Below are positions 9,789-19,819 of a stretch of DNA of 64,000 nucleotides, one piece after another. Numbering within the stretch: position 1 is the first letter of the stretch; the number at the start of each line of letters is the position of its first letter. The notes under the pieces are model-generated. The model was not told where the DNA came from and did not search any database. It saw only the letters and a list, made by a program, of their open reading frames with translations. The translations under genes and the position numbers were made by a program. Source of the stretch: Polyangiales bacterium (GTDB lineage: Bacteria > Myxococcota_A > Polyangia > Polyangiales > Polyangiaceae); assembly GCA_038230375.1 (NCBI GenBank), contig JBBRNJ010000028.1:1-64000 (forward strand), in the 5' to 3' direction.

Positions 9789-10585
9789 GCTCTTCAGACG
9801 GCGCAAGCAGCGGTCGACTCCTGCGTCTCTCGGACGCTCACTTTCCTGAATCTCTCGACCTCGCTCTCGCCGAACACACGATCACCTCCGGCTGGATCAG
9901 CGGCACGGCGATCGTCGAAGACGTCGAGCTACGCGTGTTCGACCCCATCGCTGGTCGTCCGGGCGCCCGGCGGCACATCAAGGGTCGGATGGAGGCGGTG
10001 AGCCTGGCAGGGCCGATCGTCACGACGGAGAACGGACCGTTCTGCCAGCTGCGCGCGGTGCTCTCGCGCGAGACCGACACGGGCATCGAGACGTTCGCGG
10101 GGCAGCTCGCGTCAGCGCGCGTGCTCTCGTTCGAGGGCTACGTGCACGGCGCAGCTCTCGCTCCGCTCGACGTCACGTCGCATCCGGTGGCACCCGCCCC
10201 TCCCTCGCCGCCCAGCCCATGGGCGGAGGCGATCCATGCGAGCGAGGCCGGAGGAGCGAGTCACGAAGCTCTCGACGACAAGAAGGACGAGCGCGCGTAC
10301 GTGAGCCGCGCCCAGAGCGCGCCCACCCTGGCGGAGCCCGCGCCCATGCCGCGCCCGCCTGCGCGTCCCGTCTCGACTGACGAGGAGCACTTCCCGGAGG
10401 CAGGAGATCTGGCGGACCACTTTGCGTTTGGACGCTGCGAGATCATCAAGAGTGATGGCGATCGCTTGCATCTGAAGATCCCGCGGGACGGGCGCATCAA
10501 GGAGATCGCGCTCGAGATGCTCAAGGTTTCCTTGCGCGAGGACGAGGGCGGCAAGCACGTGTACCGGCTGGATCGGAAGATGTAG
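9785..10585 (+). CDS. PPC (DUF296)-like domain protein with a Pro-rich linker and a small C-terminal beta domain
   Basis: ITSGWISGTA, EAVSLAGPI and FAGQL pattern of PPC domains; C-terminal DHFAFGRCEI. Confidence 0.55.
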   Translation: MSSSDGASSGRLLRLSDAHFPESLDLALAEHTITSGWISGTAIVEDVELRVFDPIAGRPGARRHIKGRMEAVSLAGPIVTTENGPFCQLRAVLSRETDTGIETFAGQLASARVLSFEGYVHGAALAPLDVTSHPVAPAPPSPPSPWAEAIHASEAGGASHEALDDKKDERAYVSRAQSAPTLAEPAPMPRPPARPVSTDEEHFPEAGDLADHFAFGRCEIIKSDGDRLHLKIPRDGRIKEIALEMLKVSLREDEGGKHVYRLDRKM

Positions 10586-10612
10586 ACGGCGGGGTTCGAC
10601 CCTCCGACCGAG

Positions 10613-11527
10613 TCAGGCGTGGGCGGCCAGCACCGTGACTTTGTCCGTTCCGATTTTCAGCTCGGTGCCTGGCTTGCCGACGGTGGATTTTAGCAGCGCC
10701 ACGGCTCTTGTTTCTTTGCCTATCGTGGCTGTGCTCTTCACCTCTCCGACGAGCTTTTGATCGGCGTCGAAGAGCTCGGCCCCGGGCTTCAGGGCTTCGC
10801 CCTGCATCGTGACCAGACGGCGGCGCGCGTGGCCGCGGTTCTGCATCATGAAGATGACCTCCTGGCCCATGTAGCAGCCCTTGTCGAAGGCCACGCCCCA
10901 GTCCTCCAGCGCTGCCTCCTGCGGGTACATCGTCTGGTCGAAGTCCGAGGCCCACGCCGGCACGCCGGAGAAGATGCGGAGCGCGCCCCATTCGTCGTCC
11001 GTGAGCGCGGAGGTGGATGCAGAATCAAGGAGCGCGGCCCCGTGATCGCGCTTCACGATCGACAGTGTGCCCGTCAGCACGCTCTCACCGCCAATGCCGC
11101 GGAGCGGGAGGGTCACCGAGGAGATCTCACCATCGCGCATGGTGAGCGGGGCGGCGCTGCTCCCGTTTGCGGTGTAATGCCACACGACGCCGAGCGATTC
11201 CTCACGCGTCAGCTCCACATCCTCCATGATGAGGTGGTGCTCCAGAATGCTGTATACTGCATCCAATCGGTCTGACGGCACGACCAGGTAGAGCGCCTCG
11301 GACGTCCCCCCGGTTGCAATCGTGCCCAGGTGGTGAAAGTCGGCCTCGATCTTGCCTTTCTTCTCGCAGAGCAGCCCGTAGCGCTCCGGAGAGGGCGTTT
11401 CTACGTTGCAAGTCACGAGTCCATTGAGCCACCGCAAACGATCCGCGCCACTCATGCGAAGCACGCTTCGCTCTCCTGCTACGCGCCAGCTGGGTTTTTT
11501 CAGGTCCGAAACGCTCTCAAACCGCAT
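10613..11527 (-). CDS. ygfZ: Folate-binding YgfZ/GcvT family protein
   Basis: FDKGCYMGQEVI signature; SGADRLRWLNGLVT. Confidence 0.88.
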   Translation of the reverse strand: MRFESVSDLKKPSWRVAGERSVLRMSGADRLRWLNGLVTCNVETPSPERYGLLCEKKGKIEADFHHLGTIATGGTSEALYLVVPSDRLDAVYSILEHHLIMEDVELTREESLGVVWHYTANGSSAAPLTMRDGEISSVTLPLRGIGGESVLTGTLSIVKRDHGAALLDSASTSALTDDEWGALRIFSGVPAWASDFDQTMYPQEAALEDWGVAFDKGCYMGQEVIFMMQNRGHARRRLVTMQGEALKPGAELFDADQKLVGEVKSTATIGKETRAVALLKSTVGKPGTELKIGTDKVTVLAAHA

Positions 11528-11577
11528 GGGCTGTCCTTGACCGCTCGTGATCCGTACACCAAGGTGGGTTCCGAAGC

Positions 11578-12522
11578 ATGGCAGGCATAGGCATCGTACT
11601 AAACCCGAAGAGCCGGCGAAACCTGCGTGATCCGGGCGGCGCAAGGCGCCTGGCGACGCAGCTCGGCGATCAGGGCGTGGTTCGCGAGGCCAGGAGCATC
11701 GACGAGCTCCACCGCATCGCCGAGGATTTCAAGCGCATCGACATCGACGTGCTCGGCATCAGTGGTGGGGACGGCACGAACCACGTGACGCTCACGGGCT
11801 TCATCGACGTCTACCAGGGGCATACGTTGCCAGCCGTGGCGTTCCTGCGCGGTGGGACCATGAACACGGTCGCGAACTCGGTGGGCGTGCGACGCGGTCG
11901 CCCCGAAGGCTTGCTTCGCCGCCTGCTCGCGGACTACGCGGAGAGCGCGGCGCAGCCACTGACGAACGTCGAGCGCCACGTCATGCGCATCGGAGATCAC
12001 TATGGCTTCCTCTTCGGCGCTGGCGTCGTTGCTGGATACCTGGCCGAGTACTACCGCGACGAGGATCCGAACCCGCTCGTCGCCGCAAAGACGCTCTTCC
12101 GCGGCATCGGGAGCGCGATCGTCCAGGGCGAGATGATCAAGCGGATGGCCGCGCCGTTCCGCGGCTCCGTCAGCTTCGATGACGGCACGGAGTGGGAAGA
12201 GCGCGACTACTTCACCATCGCCGGCGGCACGATCGATCAGATCGGCCTCAATTTCCGGCCGTTCCATCGCTGGGGCGAGAAGCCGGGCACGTTCCACCTG
12301 CTCGGCATCCACACCTCGCCGCTCGGCTTTTGCTCGCAGCTGCCGCGCATCTGGCAGGCCAAGCCCATGGCCGCTGGCCACGCCTTCGAGGCCACACCGC
12401 AGAGCATCACCCTCCGCTCCGCCGACGGCCACATCCGCTACATGATCGACGGCGATCTCCACGAAACCCAGGGCGAGCTGCACGTGAGCGTCGGACCCAA
12501 GGTCCGCATCATCACCAACTGA
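11578..12522 (+). CDS. Diacylglycerol/lipid kinase family protein
   Basis: LNPKS, GGDGT, GGTMN, IDGD motifs. Confidence 0.85.
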   Translation: MAGIGIVLNPKSRRNLRDPGGARRLATQLGDQGVVREARSIDELHRIAEDFKRIDIDVLGISGGDGTNHVTLTGFIDVYQGHTLPAVAFLRGGTMNTVANSVGVRRGRPEGLLRRLLADYAESAAQPLTNVERHVMRIGDHYGFLFGAGVVAGYLAEYYRDEDPNPLVAAKTLFRGIGSAIVQGEMIKRMAAPFRGSVSFDDGTEWEERDYFTIAGGTIDQIGLNFRPFHRWGEKPGTFHLLGIHTSPLGFCSQLPRIWQAKPMAAGHAFEATPQSITLRSADGHIRYMIDGDLHETQGELHVSVGPKVRIITN

Positions 12523-12523
12523 C

Positions 12524-13234
12524 GTGAATTGCGGAACGACCCTGGGCGTATTAAGCTGGGTCGTCTTGAAACTGCACGCGCGAAACGTCCTTGCGTCCGT
12601 CGGGCTGGCTGCGAGCCTGCTCCTGGGCGTTGGAGCCGCGCGTGCGGACGATCTCTCGCTGGCCGAGCGCGCCCGCCTCGCGCGTGGTGCCACCGTGGCC
12701 CGTCACGTGACCATCGAGAACGGCGAACATCGCCTGGTGGGTGGCATCACGTACACGGTGCTGCAGGCGGCTCCGGAAGACCTCCTTCGCCTGTTCGACG
12801 ATCCCACCGCGTATCAGGAGCTCCTTCCCCGGACAAAGGAGGCCAAGGTCACGCGCGATGGCCTGGTGCGCCATCTCAGCATGCGTACGGGCAACGCCGT
12901 GGTGGACGGCGTCTACACGCTCTACTTGCAGCAGTCCTCGCCGCAAGAGTTGCGGTTCTGGCTGGATCCTCGCGCGCCCCACGACATCGACGACGCGTAT
13001 GGATACTTCCGCTTCGAGGCATTGGCCCCCTCCGCCGACGGCGAGGCGCGCACGCTCCTCACGTATGCGATCGCGATCGACATAGGCGCGGGCATCGTGC
13101 GCGAGCTGTTCGAGGAGCGAGTCCGCACCGCGTCGCTCGCGTTGCCCCAGGCGCTTGTCGCCCGCCTCGCCAGAGACCGGGATCGCGACCGCTCGCGCAA
13201 GGAGCCTGACGTTCTCGCTGCCGTGCCGAAGTAA
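12524..13234 (+). CDS. Secreted SRPBCC/START-like protein (start uncertain)
   Basis: Signal peptide ending AARA; D-x-x-x-YQELLPR and YTL...LRFWLD pattern. Confidence 0.55.
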   Translation: MNCGTTLGVLSWVVLKLHARNVLASVGLAASLLLGVGAARADDLSLAERARLARGATVARHVTIENGEHRLVGGITYTVLQAAPEDLLRLFDDPTAYQELLPRTKEAKVTRDGLVRHLSMRTGNAVVDGVYTLYLQQSSPQELRFWLDPRAPHDIDDAYGYFRFEALAPSADGEARTLLTYAIAIDIGAGIVRELFEERVRTASLALPQALVARLARDRDRDRSRKEPDVLAAVPK

Positions 13235-13258
13235 CTTCATGTAGAATCCGCACCGATC

Positions 13259-14191
13259 ATGTTCGGTCGCATTCGTGCCATTGCCCTGAACTCGTATCGA
13301 GAGGCCGTCCGCGCGCGTATCTTGTTCGGCCTCTTCGGCGCGGCGCTCGTCACCACCGCGTTGCTCATCGTCATGGCGCAGATGGCGCTTCGCGAGCCGC
13401 TGCGCGTCGTGGCCGATCTGGGCACCGCATCCATGTCCGTCTACGCCACGCTCGTGTCGATCGTCGTGGGCGCGACCTCGCTGCACCGCGAGCTGGAGCT
13501 GAAGACGCTCTTCCCCATTCTCACGCGTGAGCTCCGGCGCCACGAGTATCTGCTCGGCAAGTACCTCGGTATCCTGGCGACGCTCGTCGTGTTCCTGGCC
13601 GTCGACGGCGCGGCGGTGCTCGGCGTGCTCGGCGTCATGTCAGGTGTCGACCCGATGCGCGTGATCGCACCCACCGTGTTCCTGGTGCTGTTGCTCGCGG
13701 TGGGGCTCGTCGTGACGAAGCACAATCGCGTGTACCTTACACTGCCGTGGTCCGTGGTCCTCTACGTGGTGATCGCCATTGCGGCCGGCCCCGCGGGTGG
13801 TGAGCGGCAGCTGGTGCTGGCGCAGAATGCGCTGACGCTCGCGGAGGTGTCCGTCGTCACCGCGTTCGCGATGCTCTTCTCCTCGTTTTCGTCGCCTTTT
13901 CTCACGGGCATCTTCACGCTCGGGATGTTCGTGATGGGGCGGTCCACGGATACGTTGCGGAACCTGCCCGCGAAGGTGGTTGGTGACGGCCTGAAGGCGG
14001 CCGGCTCCGTGATCGCGCGCATCGTGCCGAACCTGCACCTCTTCGTCCCGCCCCGCCCTCTGCTGCTCGGCGCCGTGGCCGACCAGCCCACGTGGACCTT
14101 CGTGGCGTCGGCGTGGGGAGTCGCGCTCTGCTACACGGGAGTGCTGCTCTCGGTTGCAATCCTGATCTTCCGAAGGCGGGACTTCCAGTGA
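13259..14191 (+). CDS. ABC-2 type transporter permease (PilI-like)
   Basis: IALNSYREAVR, ELELKTLFPILT, YLLGKYLG, terminal FRRRDF. Confidence 0.85.
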   Translation: MFGRIRAIALNSYREAVRARILFGLFGAALVTTALLIVMAQMALREPLRVVADLGTASMSVYATLVSIVVGATSLHRELELKTLFPILTRELRRHEYLLGKYLGILATLVVFLAVDGAAVLGVLGVMSGVDPMRVIAPTVFLVLLLAVGLVVTKHNRVYLTLPWSVVLYVVIAIAAGPAGGERQLVLAQNALTLAEVSVVTAFAMLFSSFSSPFLTGIFTLGMFVMGRSTDTLRNLPAKVVGDGLKAAGSVIARIVPNLHLFVPPRPLLLGAVADQPTWTFVASAWGVALCYTGVLLSVAILIFRRRDFQ

Positions 14192-14198
14192 GCGGCCC

Positions 14199-14786
14199 GT
14201 GACTGCGGACGTTCCTGCCCCCCGCCCGCTCGGGGCGCTGGTGCGCATCACGGCGTGGCTCATGCTGTCCGTCGTGCTGGCGGCGGGCCTCCACCTCTAT
14301 CGGACCTCCTCGCGAGCGCTGGTGTCCGCGCAGGCGGCGCGCGCGCGGGGCGAGTTCCTGTCGGCGGTGCTGTTCGCAGAGCAGGCGGCTGAGTGTCCTC
14401 CGCTGCCCGCCGCGGCGGAAGGGCGCGCGCTGCTTCGTCAGTATGCCGCGGAGGCGGAGGCGAACAAGGACCGCAGCGGCGCGGCCATGGCCTGGCAGGC
14501 GTACGAGCGGGCGCTCGCATCCACCTCTCGCCTCACACCTGACGCAGAGGTGGAGATCCGCGCCGGCCTCTCGCGCGCGTCGGTGCCGGAAGGCGCGAGC
14601 GCCGACACCGCGCACGTTCCCCGGCTGCCTGAAGTCGCGACCCGCAGGGATACGCCGTGGTTCTCGATTGCGGCGGCTCTCGTGATGATCGCGCTGGGGC
14701 TATACCTGCGCCGGCCCTCGCGCCTGCTGCTCGCGTGTGCGGCCAGTCTAGCCCTGGTATTTGCGGGTCTTGGGTTCTTGGTGTAA
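14199..14786 (+). CDS. Hypothetical membrane protein
   Basis: N- and C-terminal hydrophobic helices; sits between same-strand genes. Confidence 0.55.
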   Translation: MTADVPAPRPLGALVRITAWLMLSVVLAAGLHLYRTSSRALVSAQAARARGEFLSAVLFAEQAAECPPLPAAAEGRALLRQYAAEAEANKDRSGAAMAWQAYERALASTSRLTPDAEVEIRAGLSRASVPEGASADTAHVPRLPEVATRRDTPWFSIAAALVMIALGLYLRRPSRLLLACAASLALVFAGLGFLV

Positions 14787-14797
14787 TCGAGCACTGA

Positions 14798-16348
14798 ATG
14801 GCAAACGTCCCCGTCGACGTCGAGAAGGTCGCGCGCTGTCGGGCGCTCGCGCGAGAGATCGCAACGGACGTGCAAGCGTACATCGACACGCACACCAGCG
14901 TCGGCGCCGAGCGCACGATGCTCCGCGCGTATGGCGCGGATGGCGTGGACGATCGCGGCGCGCCGCTCGTGAATCTTGCGGTGGACCGGCTCCGCGACAA
15001 CGGGGTGCTCGGGCTGGGCGCGGCGCATTTCATGGGCCGGAAGCTGCTCCTTGGCGCGTCGTCCGTGCAGGACGCGGCGGAGCGCATGGCGTTTGCGCCG
15101 GAGATCGATCTCGGTGAAGGCGGACCATCGGACGCGGATGTTCGTGCGGTCCTGGAGCCATTCGCGAAGGCGGCACTCACCCGCATCGACGACGCACGCA
15201 ACGCCCGCGACGCCCTGAAAGCCAGCTTCGCGGCCACGCCCACGCCGCAAAAATACGTCATCGTGGCCACGGGCAACATCTACGACGACGCGTTGCAGGC
15301 GAAGGCCGCCGCGTTCGGTGGGGCGGACATCGTGGCCGTCATCCGCGCGACGGCGCAGTCCCTGCTGGACTACGTGCCGTTCGGCGCCACGACCGAGGGC
15401 TATGGCGGCACGTTCGCCACGCAAGAGAACTTCAAGATCATTCGCCGCGCCACGGACGAGGCAAGCGCGAAGGAGCAGCGCTACATCCAGCAGACGAACT
15501 ACTCGTCCGGTCTGTGCATGGCGGAGATCGCATGGATGGCCGCGGTGGAGCGGCTGGACATGCTGCTGAACGACGCGATGTACGGGATCCTCTTCCGCGA
15601 CATCAACATGTGTCGCAACTTCGTGGACCAGTATTTCGCGCGCCGCTTCATCGCGCGCTCGGGCATCATCATCAACACAGGTGAGGACAACTACCTCACC
15701 ACGGCGGACGCCGTGGATGGTGCACACACGGTGATCGCGAGCCAGTTCATCAACGAGGCCTTCGCGCTGCGTGCAGGCGTCAAGGAAGAGAAGATGGGCC
15801 TGGGCCACGCCTACGAGATCAATCCATGGATCGAGGACAGCTTCCTCATGGAGATCGCCCAGGCGCAGCTGATCCGTCAGCTCTTTCCCGTGCACCCCAT
15901 CAAGTGGATGCCGCCCACCAAGCACAAGACGGGCGACATCTTCCAGAGCCACGTGCACGACGCCATGTTCAACCTCGTTGGCATCGCCACGAACCAGTCG
16001 ATCGAGCTACTCGGCATGTTCAGCGAAGCCGTGCACAACCCCATGCTCATGGACCGCTACCTGTCGCTCAAGGCGACGAAGTACATGTTCACCACCGCGA
16101 AGCATCTCGGTGAGGAGATCGAGTTCAAGAAGGACGGCAGGATCGCAAAGCGCGCGATCCAGGTCCTGGACGAGGCGCTCCTTCTCCTGACGCAGGTGCA
16201 GAAGGAGACCATCTGGGATGCCATCGGGCGCGGCGCGTTTGGCGACATCAAGCGCACCCGCACTGGTGGCAAGGGCTACAAGGGCGTGGCCGAGCGTGAT
16301 GCGCGGTACCACGATCCGCTCCTCGCGCTCCTGGAGGCAGACAAGTGA
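14798..16348 (+). CDS. kamD: Lysine 5,6-aminomutase alpha subunit
   Basis: YVIVATGNIYDD, AVIRATAQSLLDYVP, NYSSGLCMAEIA, LNDAMYGILFRDINM, INTGEDNY. Confidence 0.93.
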   Translation: MANVPVDVEKVARCRALAREIATDVQAYIDTHTSVGAERTMLRAYGADGVDDRGAPLVNLAVDRLRDNGVLGLGAAHFMGRKLLLGASSVQDAAERMAFAPEIDLGEGGPSDADVRAVLEPFAKAALTRIDDARNARDALKASFAATPTPQKYVIVATGNIYDDALQAKAAAFGGADIVAVIRATAQSLLDYVPFGATTEGYGGTFATQENFKIIRRATDEASAKEQRYIQQTNYSSGLCMAEIAWMAAVERLDMLLNDAMYGILFRDINMCRNFVDQYFARRFIARSGIIINTGEDNYLTTADAVDGAHTVIASQFINEAFALRAGVKEEKMGLGHAYEINPWIEDSFLMEIAQAQLIRQLFPVHPIKWMPPTKHKTGDIFQSHVHDAMFNLVGIATNQSIELLGMFSEAVHNPMLMDRYLSLKATKYMFTTAKHLGEEIEFKKDGRIAKRAIQVLDEALLLLTQVQKETIWDAIGRGAFGDIKRTRTGGKGYKGVAERDARYHDPLLALLEADK

Positions 16349-17100
16349 AGGCGGACACGAACGAGCACGTCCTGCGCGCCTACGGTGATCGCCACGGCGA
16401 CGGCATGGTCCAGATGTCCTTCGTGCTGGAGATCCCCCCGGGCGCGCGCGCAAGGGAGGCCGCCAAGCGATTTGCGGAGGCGCACGGCCTTTCCGAGCCG
16501 CTGGTCGCCACCATGGAGCTCTGCGCCGAGGGGTTCACGTACTTCGTGGTCTACGGCCACTCCAAGCACACGGTGGACGTCTCCAAGATCGAGGTGCCGG
16601 AGATCAGCACGGAGCCGCTCTCGCGCGAGGAGATCGAGGCGCGCATCAAGAAGCGCGGCAAGAAGATCGTCGTTGTGGGGGCGTGCACCGGGTCGGACGC
16701 GCACACCGTCGGCATTGACGCGATCCTGAACTACAAGGGATTTGCCGGTGACAAGGGCCTCGAGAGCTACAAGGGCTTCGACGCTCACAACCTGGGCGCG
16801 CAGGTGGAGAACGACGAGCTCGTCACGCGCGCGGTGGCGCTCTCGGCGGAGGCCATCCTGGTGAGCCAGGTGATCACGCAGCGAAACTGCCACAAGGAGA
16901 ACGCGATTGCCCTGGTGGACCTGCTGAAGCAGAAGGGGCTCCGCGACCGCTTCGTGCTGCTCTTCGGTGGGCCGCGGATCGATCACAAGCTCGCGCTGGA
17001 GCTCGGGTTCGACGCAGGCTTTGGTCCCGGAACGAAGCCGAGCGACGTCGCTGCATTCCTGGTCGAGAAGTTCGCGCCGCCGCCCGTTCAGATCGCGTGA
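16345..17100 (+). CDS. kamE: Lysine 5,6-aminomutase beta subunit (AdoCbl/PLP)
   Basis: YGD...DGMVQMSF dimerisation domain; DAHTVG cobalamin motif; NYKGFAG PLP lysine; FDAGFGPG. Confidence 0.93.
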   Translation: MKADTNEHVLRAYGDRHGDGMVQMSFVLEIPPGARAREAAKRFAEAHGLSEPLVATMELCAEGFTYFVVYGHSKHTVDVSKIEVPEISTEPLSREEIEARIKKRGKKIVVVGACTGSDAHTVGIDAILNYKGFAGDKGLESYKGFDAHNLGAQVENDELVTRAVALSAEAILVSQVITQRNCHKENAIALVDLLKQKGLRDRFVLLFGGPRIDHKLALELGFDAGFGPGTKPSDVAAFLVEKFAPPPVQIA

Positions 17101-17121
17101 GCACGGGCCGCCATGGGCCGC

Positions 17122-18990
17122 TCATTTCGGCGTGAGCACGAGCGAGAGCGCTGCATCCACGCCATCACGGCCCACACGATGAGATGCGGCAAGGCGCAGC
17201 GTTGCGCAGCCGCAGGAGTCGCGCAGCGTCACGCTCCCGCCCAGATCGACGAGCTCATTCGCGGTGGGATCGTAGTCACCGTACGCCGACACGAGCAGCG
17301 CCCTGACGATGGGCACGCCCAGACGCCCACCCGTGGTCACGCCCTCGCGCGCAAAGAAGCCGGTGAACGCCTCCTCGCTGCGGTCGAAGAGAAGGCGAGC
17401 GGCGACGGGGTCCACGCCCTTGAGACCCGATACGTGGACGGCCCCGTGAAGCCCATCGGGCGCTCCCACGCGAAGCTCGGCATGCGCCGCGGTGGAGCGC
17501 TCGTCGGCAAGGAGATGCGCGGCATCCACGATCGCGGAGACCATGTGCCCACTCGCGGCCAGTCGGTATCGAGCGACCTGCGCGGCAGGCTGACCGCGCG
17601 CGGCGACGTGCCCCACGGCGCCCTCGAGCTCCACGCCGTCCCGGTGGGCGTAGCGTCCGAGCGCGGTGCGCAGGCCCACGTCGGCGGTCAGCGCCTCGCC
17701 GCGGAGGGGAGCGAACGTGAGCGTGTCGCCCAGGTCGACCGTGGTGGCGGCGGCGGAAACGCGCGGCTCGATACGGTGCAGGATGGGCTCGCTGCCCTCA
17801 CGCTCGAACGCGCGTCCGAACGGGAGACCCACCGTCCCTCGCACCACGTCGTCGTGGTCGTCGCGATCGTTCGACAGCACCGTGTGCTCCGCGCGCATGG
17901 AGACCGCCGCGGCGACGGAGCCAATCGTTGTCGCAGCGCGTGCATCGCCGGTGGCACGCGCAAAGCCAAGGTCGTGAAGGCGCCCGTCGAGCGCGCGGAC
18001 CTCCTTTCCTGCCAGCGCGCCGCCGTCGAGCGTTGCCGCGTACGACACCGTGGAGAAGCTGTCCCCCGAGGCACGCAGGAAGGCGCGCGGTCCATAGGCG
18101 CCCATATCGAACGTGCCGCGCGTGCTCTCGGCCACGGCGCCAAGGCCAAAGAGCAGCGGCCCCGTGAAGAGCCGCGTCTCCATGCGCGCGCGATCGTACG
18201 GTAGCGCGGCCTCGCGAACGTCCGTGGCGGCCTGCACGGCGCGCGCACCACGAAGCGCGTCAACATCCCATGCCAGACTCGCGTCGTCGCGCGTGAGGCT
18301 ACCGCGCGCGTCCACCATGACGCCGTGGTCGTTCCGGTAGTCGTCCCACGTGAGCGTGAGATCGCTCCCCGACGTGAGCAGCCGCCCACGCACGCGCGCA
18401 CCACCCTGGACGTAGCCCGCGCCATACACCTCGAGGACGCGGTCGGGCGGGTGCTCGGCCTTCGGCCACGGCTCCTTCGCGCGCGCCTCGCTGTTCCAGG
18501 GCAGGTGAATACCACCGCCAAGGAGGAGCCCTTCGCGTCCGCGCCACTCGATCTCCGGTGGCAGGATGCCTGGGCGCGCGGGTGAGCGGAGCCAGAACCA
18601 CGGCAGCCACATCACGGTGGTGCCGTTCAGCTGCAGCGTGGGATCGGTGACGAACACGTCTCCTGGCGGCGCCACGCGCGCGCCCGAGAAGCCGATGCGA
18701 AGCGGCGCATCGCCGCACGGGCAGAACGACATCTCTCCCTTGCCGATGACGTCCACACCGAGCGGCCCGCGCTTCACCACGAGCTCGTTGCTGCGAAGGT
18801 GGAACGGCGCGGCGTCGACCTTCACGTTGCCGCGGAGCTCGATCTCGCGCTTGCGCACGTCGAAGCTGACCTCGTCGGCGTGGGCCGTTGCGATCTCGAG
18901 CTCGGCGTCCTCCGCATGCGCCACGGCGCTCGTTACGAGGATGATCGCGCACAGCGAAAGACAGGCGCCTCCGGAAGCTCTCGTTCGCAC
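17122..18990 (-). CDS. LPS-assembly protein LptD-like
   Basis: Signal peptide; ADEVSFD...LRGNV jellyroll; FCPC...WLPW...GILPP; C-terminal DSCGC. Confidence 0.65.
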   Translation of the reverse strand: MRTRASGGACLSLCAIILVTSAVAHAEDAELEIATAHADEVSFDVRKREIELRGNVKVDAAPFHLRSNELVVKRGPLGVDVIGKGEMSFCPCGDAPLRIGFSGARVAPPGDVFVTDPTLQLNGTTVMWLPWFWLRSPARPGILPPEIEWRGREGLLLGGGIHLPWNSEARAKEPWPKAEHPPDRVLEVYGAGYVQGGARVRGRLLTSGSDLTLTWDDYRNDHGVMVDARGSLTRDDASLAWDVDALRGARAVQAATDVREAALPYDRARMETRLFTGPLLFGLGAVAESTRGTFDMGAYGPRAFLRASGDSFSTVSYAATLDGGALAGKEVRALDGRLHDLGFARATGDARAATTIGSVAAAVSMRAEHTVLSNDRDDHDDVVRGTVGLPFGRAFEREGSEPILHRIEPRVSAAATTVDLGDTLTFAPLRGEALTADVGLRTALGRYAHRDGVELEGAVGHVAARGQPAAQVARYRLAASGHMVSAIVDAAHLLADERSTAAHAELRVGAPDGLHGAVHVSGLKGVDPVAARLLFDRSEEAFTGFFAREGVTTGGRLGVPIVRALLVSAYGDYDPTANELVDLGGSVTLRDSCGCATLRLAASHRVGRDGVDAALSLVLTPK

Positions 18991-19022
18991 GCCGTCTACG
19001 ACCGCCTACCTCCTGGTGAAGC

Positions 19023-19685
19023 CTACTTCGGCTGCTTCGCGTCGCTCGTGTTGGTGCCGTTGTTGTCGTCCTGCAGCGGCGCCGCTTGCTGTTGCGGTAC
19101 GTAGTCGCCCTTGCCGAAGTCGACGGTGAGGATGCCCCCCTGACCCCTCGCGGACATCTTGTACGCGGGAGCGGCCTTGGGATCGCGCAGCTCGATGACG
19201 AAAAGGAGGTCAGCGCCGCTCGGAACCAGGCGCGCGCGGAAGACCGGCGTGTTGAAGTGCACGGTGACCAGCGCGTTCGTGTTGTTGTGGTGCGTGACCT
19301 GAGCGCCCTTCAGCACATAGGTGACGGAGCCGGCAGTGCGGCGCTCTTCGACGGGCACCTGCGTCGTGAGATCGACGAACAGGCGACTGCCTCCATCCGG
19401 GAGCTGCTCGAAGCCGGGCAGCGTCGCGACGGGCGCGCCCTTGCGCACGCGCACCCGGTGGATGGGCGCGGTGCTGCTGCCGCCAGTGGGCTTCTTGTCG
19501 GAATAGCTGGAGCCTTGCGGTCCTGCATACGCGGGCGTCTTGGGAGCCTCGGCCGCAGCGGCCCCCGCGGGTGCGGTCTGGCCCTGGCCCTGATTCGGTG
19601 CGGGCTGCGCCGGCGTTGTCTGGGCGGACGCAAGGCCGGGCGTCAACGCCAACACGAGTCCCACGGTGCCCAACTTTTCTCGCAT
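19023..19685 (-). CDS. Secreted hypothetical protein (AMIN-like C-terminal domain)
   Basis: Signal peptide, low-complexity linker, SRLFVDL...LFVIELR beta domain. Confidence 0.55.
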   Translation of the reverse strand: MREKLGTVGLVLALTPGLASAQTTPAQPAPNQGQGQTAPAGAAAAEAPKTPAYAGPQGSSYSDKKPTGGSSTAPIHRVRVRKGAPVATLPGFEQLPDGGSRLFVDLTTQVPVEERRTAGSVTYVLKGAQVTHHNNTNALVTVHFNTPVFRARLVPSGADLLFVIELRDPKAAPAYKMSARGQGGILTVDFGKGDYVPQQQAAPLQDDNNGTNTSDAKQPK

Positions 19686-19720
19686 GAAGAAAGTAGAGCA
19701 TACCCCCCACGGAGCCCGCA

Positions 19721-19763
19721 AATAAGAGAAAGGCCCGGAAGCGATCAGCGCGCTCCGGGCCTT
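19721..19763 (-). terminator. Intrinsic terminator
   Basis: AAGGCCCGGA...TCCGGGCCTT stem followed by TCTCTTATTT on the minus strand. Confidence 0.65.
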
Positions 19764-19819
19764 CTAGCGTGCGTGGATGAGTGCAGACTGCACTTATCGA
19801 AGCGCGGCTACTTCCAGCT

